Of a DNA stretch of 36,777 nucleotides, positions 8,844 to 16,071 are shown piece after piece. Below the pieces are notes generated by a model. The model ran no database searches. It was not told the DNA's origin and saw only the letters and a program-made list of their open reading frames with translations. Every line of letters starts with the position of its first letter. Position 1 is the stretch's first letter. A program made the translations under genes and the position numbers. This stretch comes from Alphaproteobacteria bacterium MarineAlpha10_Bin2 (GTDB taxonomy: Bacteria; Pseudomonadota; Alphaproteobacteria; UBA828): assembly GCA_002937555.1 (NCBI GenBank), contig PTKB01000002.1, positions 1 to 36,777 on the forward strand. The letters run 5' to 3'.

Positions 8844-9049
8844 CTCACCCTCCGTTTATCCGTATTGTTTGTTCGATACCGAATTACGATCCGGGACAAG
8901 AGCGCAAATCGGCGGATACCCTCCGTTCAAAGACCCGGCAATCGCCTCAGATCGCAATGTGTCTATGCACGCAGACTCTGGAGTGTATACCGAAGTTTAT
9001 TGATCCGGTTTTCACGGTTCGTTGAGCACCGGATGATTGGGCCCGCCAG

Positions 9050-9919
9050 CTACATTCCCGCAATCGCTTCGAGCGCGTTCCAGTCAACGAATCCGCTACC
9101 GTCGGGATTGAGCGGTTGGACGCAAACATGGTTTGCGCCGGCATCGAAATGGGCCTGAAGCCTGGCGCGGACATCCGCCGCGCTGCCGTAAGCAACCATC
9201 GCATCAAGGAATCGGTCGCTGCCGCGGCCCGACAGCTCCTCTTCCGTAAAGCCCAAGCTAAGCCAATTGTTACGATAGTTTGGCCAGGGCAAGTAAAGCG
9301 ATAGGACGTTCGCGGCAATTTCACGGGCTTTTGCGGCGTCGGTGGTGAGGCAGATTTTCTGCTCAACACAGAGCCACGCATCGGGCCCGAGGATATCCCT
9401 GGCCCGCGCCGTGTGCTCCGGCGTGACAAGGTAGGGATGCGCGCCCTTGGTTCGATCGCGGGAGAGCGCCAGCATATTGGGGCCGAGGGCGGCAAGGACG
9501 ATATTTCGATCCGGTGCGTTAATACTTAGCTCCGCTGCCTCCATGGCGTCGAGATAAGCGCGCATGGTGGTAACCGGCTTGCCGTAGGTATGGCCGCGAA
9601 AGCCCTCCACGATGGGAACGTGCGAGACACCTAGTCCCAAAATGAACCGGTCGCCGTACATTGTGTTCAACGTGTTGTGACCGGCCATAGCGGTGATAGC
9701 GTCCCGCGCATAAATGTTGGCGATTCCGCTCGCCACACGCAGTTTGTTCGTCTCGGAGAGGACGAAGCCGGCGAAACAGAACGTCTCGAAGCCGACCGCC
9801 TCCGGATACCACAGCGCGTCATAATCCAGGCGTTCTGCACCTTGTGCAAGTTCGACGACCCCTTGAGTTGAAAGCGCGTCGGGGAAAAACCACACGCCCA
9901 GCCTGCCAATTTCCCTCAT
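9050..9919 (-). CDS. Luciferase-like monooxygenase (LLM) class flavin/F420-type oxidoreductase
   Basis: GRLGVWFFPDALSTQGVVELAQGAERLDYDALWYPEAVGFE...LGLGVSH...AGANHVCVQP matches the LLM-class pattern. The RBS is AAGGAGG. The length is 289 aa. Confidence 0.8.
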   Translation of the reverse strand: MREIGRLGVWFFPDALSTQGVVELAQGAERLDYDALWYPEAVGFETFCFAGFVLSETNKLRVASGIANIYARDAITAMAGHNTLNTMYGDRFILGLGVSHVPIVEGFRGHTYGKPVTTMRAYLDAMEAAELSINAPDRNIVLAALGPNMLALSRDRTKGAHPYLVTPEHTARARDILGPDAWLCVEQKICLTTDAAKAREIAANVLSLYLPWPNYRNNWLSLGFTEEELSGRGSDRFLDAMVAYGSAADVRARLQAHFDAGANHVCVQPLNPDGSGFVDWNALEAIAGM

Positions 9920-9964
9920 TTTCCTAACTTGCCTCCTTACAGGTTTGGCGCGCGGCGCTAGCGC

Positions 9965-10837
9965 CTACTTGACGAGCGCCCGCGGTGGATGTTTGGCGCC
10001 GCGATAGAGTACTGAAGCTTGCACTTCAACCTTGCGCCGCCAGGCGACAATCGCCGCTTCGCTCATTTCCGCCTCCGGTCGCGGATCTTCATCAAAATTG
10101 TGAAACCTATCCTGTCCGCGCACCAGCATGGCCGATTCTCGAGGATTATTCTGAGAAGCGTGGGTAGGAACATATTCGACCAAGAAGATAATTCGCCGGT
10201 CTGCTGTTTGGTTGGGGCCAGAGCTATGGCAAATCGCATTGTTGAAAAACACCATATCTCCGGCAGCCATCGGCAGGCTCACCGCCCCTGTGGTATCGAG
10301 TTCGGCCGTGATCTCCTGCTCGCGGGTGAGAAGACTCTCGGTGCCGAATTTCTCGGCGTGAGGCAATGTTGGGCCCTTGTGGGAGCCTGGAATTACGCGC
10401 AACGGACCGGCCGCCTCTGAACAATCTGAAAGCGCCACGGCCGCGATGACGGAGATCGGTTTGATGTCGCAATAGGCTGTGTCCTGGTGCCAACCGGCAT
10501 AAGTCTTGGTGTGCGGCTCTTTTAGACGTAGCGAAACGCCCCAGCACAAAATGTTTGGCCCCAACACTTCCACTATCGGATCGATGATTCCCGGCAACCG
10601 GGTCATTTCGTCGATCCAGGGACAAAGCAGCGAAGCACCCTGATCGAGCATATGGAAATGCTCTGGCCATCGAAATTCGAATTGTTCGAGCCGCTTGCGG
10701 TACGCCAGTGCTTGGGCGGAGTTCATAACCGGAACTGGTACGTGGTAGCCGTCGGTATGGAAGTTCGCCACGTCCGTCTCGGTCAACACCTTCGGCATCG
10801 GGACTGTCTCCGGTCGGAATTCAACGGCCGGCGCCAT
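9965..10837 (-). CDS. Phytanoyl-CoA dioxygenase (PhyH) family Fe(II)/2-oxoglutarate-dependent oxygenase
   Basis: LTETDVANFHTDGYHVPVPV, the WHQDTAY (HxD) facial-triad motif, RVIPGSHKG and the distal His in NAICHSSGPN are present. I prefer the ATG at 10837, with GGAGAGAGG immediately upstream, over the TTG at 10864. Confidence 0.82.
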   Translation of the reverse strand: MAPAVEFRPETVPMPKVLTETDVANFHTDGYHVPVPVMNSAQALAYRKRLEQFEFRWPEHFHMLDQGASLLCPWIDEMTRLPGIIDPIVEVLGPNILCWGVSLRLKEPHTKTYAGWHQDTAYCDIKPISVIAAVALSDCSEAAGPLRVIPGSHKGPTLPHAEKFGTESLLTREQEITAELDTTGAVSLPMAAGDMVFFNNAICHSSGPNQTADRRIIFLVEYVPTHASQNNPRESAMLVRGQDRFHNFDEDPRPEAEMSEAAIVAWRRKVEVQASVLYRGAKHPPRALVK

Positions 10838-10940
10838 GATCCTCTCTCCAAAATCCTGACGCAAGGAATTTTCGCCAGACCCTTGCGCGCCTAAAGCGTC
10901 ATCGCAAGCTGCTACGGTCGCGAAAGAGCATGTCAGCGAA

Positions 10941-12009
10941 TTATGATGCGGTGCCTGTTGGATGACCTATTTCGGTGCAAGGCTCCGTCGAAACCAAGTC
11001 GTTTGGCGATACTTCGGCTAAGAGAAGCGTAACGCGGCGGTTAGCGGCGAAGCGCGTACCGTCGGCGGTGAGGGTTTCGGGCAGCGTTTCGCCTCTCGGC
11101 CCAAGCCACAGCTTGGTAGCGGAAACACCACCCGCGATGAGCCGGCGCCAAACGGTCTCAGCGCGTCGCAGGGAGAGGCCAAGATTGTAATCCGACGTGC
11201 CGATACTGTCCGCATGGCCTTCGATAAAGACCTCGGTCACACTTGGCTCGCGCGCTAGCCGCGCGCCGGCGTCGATGGCAATCTTACCGGGACCGTCCAA
11301 AGCCGCTATTATGAGTGAACGGTACCTTGATAAGAATACCAGCCCGTCCGGCGTCCGTTGTGGCGGCTGATCGGGTCACGCTTTCAGCCTGACTTTCATT
11401 TTCGCAGATGCCGTCATCCTCGTCAGCGGTGTGGTCATAACCGGGCGCTTCCGCATTGCCGGCGTTCATCACATCCGCGGTACGCGAAGTCACAATCGCG
11501 CTGACCGTAATTTGTTGTGCATGCCATGAATCGAGCGCCGCCTCGAACGCGGCGCGGCACTGTTTGATGTGAGAGACTTGCCAGCCTTCTTCGAGCTGTT
11601 CCACCCAGCAATCAAATGAAGATTGCGCGGTGGCCGCCTGGGCCGGGTCCGTTAGAGCGAAGCCTTGCTTGAAAGCGGTGATGAGACGGGCGCGGGCGTG
11701 GCTGAGGCGAGGTACGTGCGTCGCCGGAAGATGCCAATCGGCGAGCGATTCAGGCGGCGGCGGGATTCCCTCGGAAGCGGCCAGGGCTTTTCGCGCATAT
11801 CTAAAGGCGTCGGGCCAGTCATACATCTGCTCCACTTCAAAGATGCTATGTTCGCGGTAATTCTTGGCCAGCAGGATGGAAAAATCTTCTCCTTCAAGGA
11901 CAAGTTTGCGAGCGGAATCTATATCTGCCGAACAGGCGGAAATAAACACGCCGAAAGCCAAAGTCCGCGCACCGACAAGTACCTTACCAACCAACATCCG
12001 TTCCCCCAT
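10941..12009 (-). pseudogene. OmpA-family (peptidoglycan-binding) lipoprotein split by a 1-nt frameshift near 11301-11310
   Basis: The N-terminal ORF (12009..11284) has a lipobox (AFGVFISAC) and ends ...IKVPFTHNSGFGRSR*. The next frame reads (I)AALDGPGKIAIDAGARLAREPSVTEVFIEGHADSIGTSDYNLGLSLRRAETV...NRRVTLL, which is the OmpA_C domain. Joined, they give the canonical 'VPF..NSA.L' start of that domain. Confidence 0.7.
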
Positions 12010-12155
12010 TGGCCTCAGCTGATCACAATGGCGGATCGTAGGAGAGCAATGCGGCAGGATTCGGGCTTATTCGTGGCAAATATTGGGCGAAACAGTACCG
12101 CTTCCAACCGTTGCAATTTCACAACCGTCGGAACGGATGCGCGCGCAAACAGATA

Positions 12156-12539
12156 TTATTCGGGTTTCAGGATATTCGAGATCGTTTCGGCCAACTGGCG
12201 CCGACGGAACGGCTTTCGAATGAGCGGCAAGTTGGCGCCGAATGACGGCCTTGCGCCGATGAATTCTTCGTTATATCCGGATGTCAGCAATATCGGCAGT
12301 TCCGGCCGGCGGTCCCGAGCCCGTTCTGCCAACTGCAGGCCGCTCATCCCGCCGGGCATGACGACATCGGTGAAAAGCAGATCAATATGTTGGTCGCTAT
12401 TGAGGACTTCGAGCGCGGACGGACCATCTGTCGCAGAGATTACGCGATAATTCAGATCCTCCAGCGTCGCGTTCACCAACGCCCTGACATCCTCGTCATC
12501 TTCGACCACCAAAATGATGACCCCATTTTCTTCGTACAA
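12156..12539 (-). CDS. Single-domain CheY-like response-regulator receiver (orphan)
   Basis: The acidic pair in ILVVEDDEDV, the phospho-acceptor context LLFTDVVMPG, LLTSGY and IRKPF are all present. The only possible in-frame start is TTG at 12539, because an in-frame TGA lies 7 codons upstream. No kinase gene is adjacent. Confidence 0.8.
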   Translation of the reverse strand: MYEENGVIILVVEDDEDVRALVNATLEDLNYRVISATDGPSALEVLNSDQHIDLLFTDVVMPGGMSGLQLAERARDRRPELPILLTSGYNEEFIGARPSFGANLPLIRKPFRRRQLAETISNILKPE

Positions 12540-12937
12540 AGAGTTGCCTTTCCATCCGTGTCATCGGCCAAAACAGCTGTGCGATCGCCTCCGACAAACT
12601 CCCGTCAATCAGGCCGGAACCGAATTGTCGTTCGGCGCCTGGAAAACTACCTCAGTAAATTGTGCTATTACCGCGCTACTGCGCGGCGTACTGATACGAA
12701 ACAACCAAGAATAACCGCACTTGATGTAACCGAGCGATTGCACATTAGGTTAGTGGCACAGGGGTTTTCGGAATATTTCGAAATGTTTACCGTCATCAAT
12801 TTATATTACTCAATATTTAATCCCCACAAAATATTCCCAAATGCTCATTGAGGCTGTTCGTGAAGACAATGATCATCGCAAAGCACGATTTGTAACTGGC
12901 CCATGTCAATTATGATCGATCGTTCAGGAGGATATAG

Positions 12938-13510
12938 ATGCCCAGTGGAACAAGCGATTTGAAAAGCGGAACCGACAGTGAAGGGTTACCCGGCCTGCGA
13001 GGTGCCGAACATATCGGCTTCACGGTGCCCAACATGGAAGAGGCCGTGCGGTTCTTTCGTGATGTGCTCGGCTGCAAGGAATATTACGATCTAGGTGAAT
13101 TCGGCGTGGAAGAAGGGGACTGGATGCGGCAAAACCTCAATGTCCATCCGCGCGCCAAAATCAAAACAATGCGCATGTTGCGTTGTGGACATGGCAGCAA
13201 TATCGAACTCTTTGAGTATGAGTCACCCGACAAGAAAGACGAGTTGCCACGCAACACTGACAACGGCGGCCATCACATCGCCTTTTACGTCGACGACATT
13301 CATGCTGCGGTGGCGCATTTACACAATCACGACATCACCGTATGCGGCGAACCGAAATTAATGGAGGGCAATGCCGAAGGTGGCGAATGGTGGTGCTATT
13401 TTGTCTCTCCCTGGGGGATGCAATTCGAGTTGGTGAGCTACCCGAATGGCAAGGACTATGAAAAAGAATTCCCCGACAAGCTGTGGAACCCCCTCCACCC
13501 GGCCGAATAA
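12938..13510 (+). CDS. VOC-family (glyoxalase/bleomycin-resistance/extradiol-dioxygenase fold) protein
   Basis: AEHIGFTVPNMEEAVRFFRDVLGCKE...GGHHIAFYVDDIHAAVAHL...MQFELVSYP shows the paired beta-alpha-beta-beta-beta modules. The RBS AGGAGG lies upstream of the ATG. Confidence 0.78.
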   Translation: MPSGTSDLKSGTDSEGLPGLRGAEHIGFTVPNMEEAVRFFRDVLGCKEYYDLGEFGVEEGDWMRQNLNVHPRAKIKTMRMLRCGHGSNIELFEYESPDKKDELPRNTDNGGHHIAFYVDDIHAAVAHLHNHDITVCGEPKLMEGNAEGGEWWCYFVSPWGMQFELVSYPNGKDYEKEFPDKLWNPLHPAE

Positions 13511-13514
13511 GGAA

Positions 13515-14225
13515 GTGGGCTCGGACACAGCAGCGCCAAATTCCCGTGACCGGCTGACACAACTCAAATCCGCGCTCAAGAAGACCGGTCTCGTTATTCT
13601 TGCCGCATTTCACACCGTTCCGGACGAAAACATCCCCCTTCCTGGCGCCAAGGGAAGTTCGGCAACGATCGTCCTTGCTGGCAATGGCGGTGGATCAATG
13701 TGGCAGTATTTTGTGTCGTCCCGCCCCGACGGCGTGCATCCGCTGGATAAGTGGAGCACGGAAATATTTCAGACACTGGCAACACGCTTCGGTGCGCACG
13801 CCGTCTTACCGCATGAGGGCCCGCCTTACTTCCCTTTCCAACGCTGGGCACTGAACAGTGGCCAGGCTCATACCTCGCCGATCGGCATTCTCATCCACCC
13901 AGAATATGGTTTGTGGCATAGCTATCGCGGCGCCTTGATATTTCCCCAGAGACTGATCTTGCCGCCGGCGCGCGAAACTGCTTCGCCGTGCAGTTCATGT
14001 GAAGGGAGACCATGTCTCAGCAATTGCCCGGTAGAAGCTTTTCGACCCGAATTTTACAATCTAAAACGCTGTGTCGCCCACATCCACGAACCGGAAGGCC
14101 GTGACTGCCGGATGACGGGCTGCCGCGCTCGGCGCGCATGCCCGGTTGGCCGGGAACATGTTTACGCGCCGGCACAAGCCGAATTTCACATGGCGGCGTT
14201 TATGGAAAAGCACAGCAAAAATTGA
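13515..14225 (+). CDS. Cys-rich putative Fe-S (ferredoxin-like) protein
   Basis: The C-terminal region reads PCSSCEGRPCLSNCPVEAF...CVAHIHEPEGRDCRMTGCRARRACPVG, i.e. CX2CX4CX3CP plus a second Cys cluster ending in CP. The start is uncertain. The track start at 13446 overlaps the VOC gene by 65 nt. GTG at 13515 is the first in-frame start after the VOC stop, but its SD spacing is poor. Confidence 0.6.
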   Translation: MGSDTAAPNSRDRLTQLKSALKKTGLVILAAFHTVPDENIPLPGAKGSSATIVLAGNGGGSMWQYFVSSRPDGVHPLDKWSTEIFQTLATRFGAHAVLPHEGPPYFPFQRWALNSGQAHTSPIGILIHPEYGLWHSYRGALIFPQRLILPPARETASPCSSCEGRPCLSNCPVEAFRPEFYNLKRCVAHIHEPEGRDCRMTGCRARRACPVGREHVYAPAQAEFHMAAFMEKHSKN

Positions 14226-14287
14226 AATGCCGGCGGATCATGCTCACCGGCTTCGTATTCAGATTGGTTCGCGGAGCTGAGTGTCTT

Positions 14288-14755
14288 TCAATTTACGCGG
14301 TGTCGGGTGACCAATCGCCAAACCGCGATCCACCCGCAGTGCGCATCGCCCTGAGCTTTGGTCGGGACCGCCGCGACACGATATTTTACCGAGCGGCCAT
14401 CCGGCGCCCGGAAGGCGCCGTCATTGAAAGCGGGTTTGATCTCGAATCGTAACTCATTGCCCAATTCGGTCATCATACCGACCACAACGCCTGCATGCCG
14501 CCGGTTATTGCTGTTCGTTTCGCCGGACGATGTCAGACGGGCTTCGAATTCACCACCCAGGAATTCGACGCTGGCCGTGCGGCGGGCGCCGCTCACCGTT
14601 CCCCAAGCGCAATATTTTTTGACCTCCGGAGGAAGCGAGTTCAGCAACTGCTCCGAGCTCATGAGGTTTTCTCCGGCATGCATCTCCTCATCCCACGCCT
14701 CTATGAGCAGGCCGGTCTTCCGGAGCTCCTTCGTATCTACCAGGGAAATGCTCAT
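14288..14755 (-). CDS. Hypothetical protein (155 aa), no family recognised
   Basis: This is the longest ORF in the region and has GC-rich third positions typical of coding sequence here. No clear SD is present. The opposite-strand ORF 14358..14759 looks less protein-like. Confidence 0.45.
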   Translation of the reverse strand: MSISLVDTKELRKTGLLIEAWDEEMHAGENLMSSEQLLNSLPPEVKKYCAWGTVSGARRTASVEFLGGEFEARLTSSGETNSNNRRHAGVVVGMMTELGNELRFEIKPAFNDGAFRAPDGRSVKYRVAAVPTKAQGDAHCGWIAVWRLVTRHRVN

Positions 14756-14896
14756 CTAATATTTGTTCTATCGCTGATGATTGCGAGTCCGTGATCAGAA
14801 ATACGCGTTACCAGATTCAATCTATGTGATCGCAGTCACAGGTGCAGCGAGAAATAAGATCGCGGCGCCCGAACCGAGGCGCGTCAAGCGCCGGCG

Positions 14897-15166
14897 TCAG
14901 GTCAGGCGCGCATACAACTCCTGCACCACGGAGTGAAGCAATTCGGTGCGCACCATCATGAAGGCATTTGCCGTGTCTTCATTGCCGCTGTTCCGAAAGG
15001 CGTTTTCCTGAGCCAGAAGTTCTTGTTCCTCGAGCTTAACCAGGGCGCTCAACACCAAGCCGGGTTCCGTCGCTTGTGCCTCATTCCGCGTTTGGCGGTG
15101 AAAGCGCGTTTCAATTTTCTTTTCCAGCGCTTCGATAAGCTGAATTCCAAATTCCGGATCGGCCAT
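14897..15166 (-). CDS. Hypothetical small helical protein (89 aa)
   Basis: The ATG at 15166 is preceded by GAGGAG at about 8 nt. The product MADPEFGIQLIEALEKKIETRFHRQ... is predicted helical. I consider the 131-aa track version, starting in a low-GC region, an over-extension. Confidence 0.45.
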   Translation of the reverse strand: MADPEFGIQLIEALEKKIETRFHRQTRNEAQATEPGLVLSALVKLEEQELLAQENAFRNSGNEDTANAFMMVRTELLHSVVQELYARLT

Positions 15167-15337
15167 TTTTCGGCGCTCCTCAGGTTCCCCGCCAGGAATC
15201 GAAATGAATCCACTAGAGTAACCGTCAGATGTTAATACTATGTTAGGAAAGGATATAATGGAGCGGGTTGAACAGAGCCTACCGAGACACAATCTGATAT
15301 TCTATGGTTCCTCTGGCACCCGAACTGAAAGGCAAAG

Positions 15338-15550
15338 ATGATGAAATTTGCCAGACCTCTAGGTTGGGCCGGCATCGTTTGCGGTTTGATCGGGATGATT
15401 TACACCTTCTACCATGATGCAACTTGGAATAGGTATGATGGATAGGTAATTTTGGGTTGGAAGTCTGATCTCGCAGTCGCGCTTGGCGTCGTTGCCATTT
15501 TCGTCGGCGCCAATCTCCTCATTGTGGCGGCGCGGCAACGCGGTGGCTGA
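15338..15550 (+). other. Candidate small two-TM membrane ORF interrupted by an in-frame TAG (15443-15445)
   Basis: MMKFARPLGWAGIVCGLIGMIYTFYHDATWNRYDG*VILGWKSDLAVALGVVAIFVGANLLIVAARQRGG*. Two hydrophobic helices lie in the same frame on either side of a single stop. It is not in the ORF track because each half is under 60 aa. Confidence 0.25.
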
Positions 15551-15573
15551 AAATTTCAAGGCGAAATAAAAAG

Positions 15574-16056
15574 ATGTGGCGTCGATGCGTCTATGGCTGC
15601 GATATGGGCCTGAATTGGCAAAATATGGTTGCCGTTTCGGGTCTACTGTTGATTCTCACCGCTTGTGCATCGCCGCCCACCAGCGAAATCCGTAAAGCGT
15701 TCACTTTGCCGGTTCTGACCATGGCCGAATTACATCAGCTCGTCGACGAGACGATTGAGGCGCAAGGCGACGAATCGGCGCAACCGCTCGCCATTGCACG
15801 CGTTCTTTGCGGCGTCAAAGGATACCACCCGGACGGTGCGAAATTCGCCGATTGCCGCGCCCGCCTGGTCAACGCCGTCATCGCCAAACCGGAAGTACTC
15901 GCCCAGGCCCGGGCTCTGGCGCGCATCGCGAAATCCTACGCGGCGGTACGCGTACCGAAAAAGCCCAATACGGACGGAATGGTTACGAAAAGTGGCCGTC
16001 CACCGCCTTGTTACGATCTGTCCTCTGCCAAGCTCATCGTTTGCGAAGATATTTGA
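15574..16056 (+). CDS. Hypothetical lipoprotein
   Basis: The signal peptide has a lipobox: ...VAVSGLLLILTAC|ASPP. I recognise no family for the mature part. The start could be ATG at 15574, 15604 or 15625. Confidence 0.6.
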   Translation: MWRRCVYGCDMGLNWQNMVAVSGLLLILTACASPPTSEIRKAFTLPVLTMAELHQLVDETIEAQGDESAQPLAIARVLCGVKGYHPDGAKFADCRARLVNAVIAKPEVLAQARALARIAKSYAAVRVPKKPNTDGMVTKSGRPPPCYDLSSAKLIVCEDI

Positions 16057-16071
16057 GGCCGGCGAATTGGT

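Noticed and set aside
12540-12720. A possible histidine-kinase remnant upstream of the orphan receiver.
   Set aside because: I translated all three minus-strand frames by eye. They are broken by stops and show no H-box, N, G1 or G2 motifs.
15359-15559. A 66-aa minus-strand ORF from the track.
   Set aside because: It has no SD and an odd composition. It lies exactly opposite the more plausible, though itself interrupted, two-helix membrane ORF on the plus strand.
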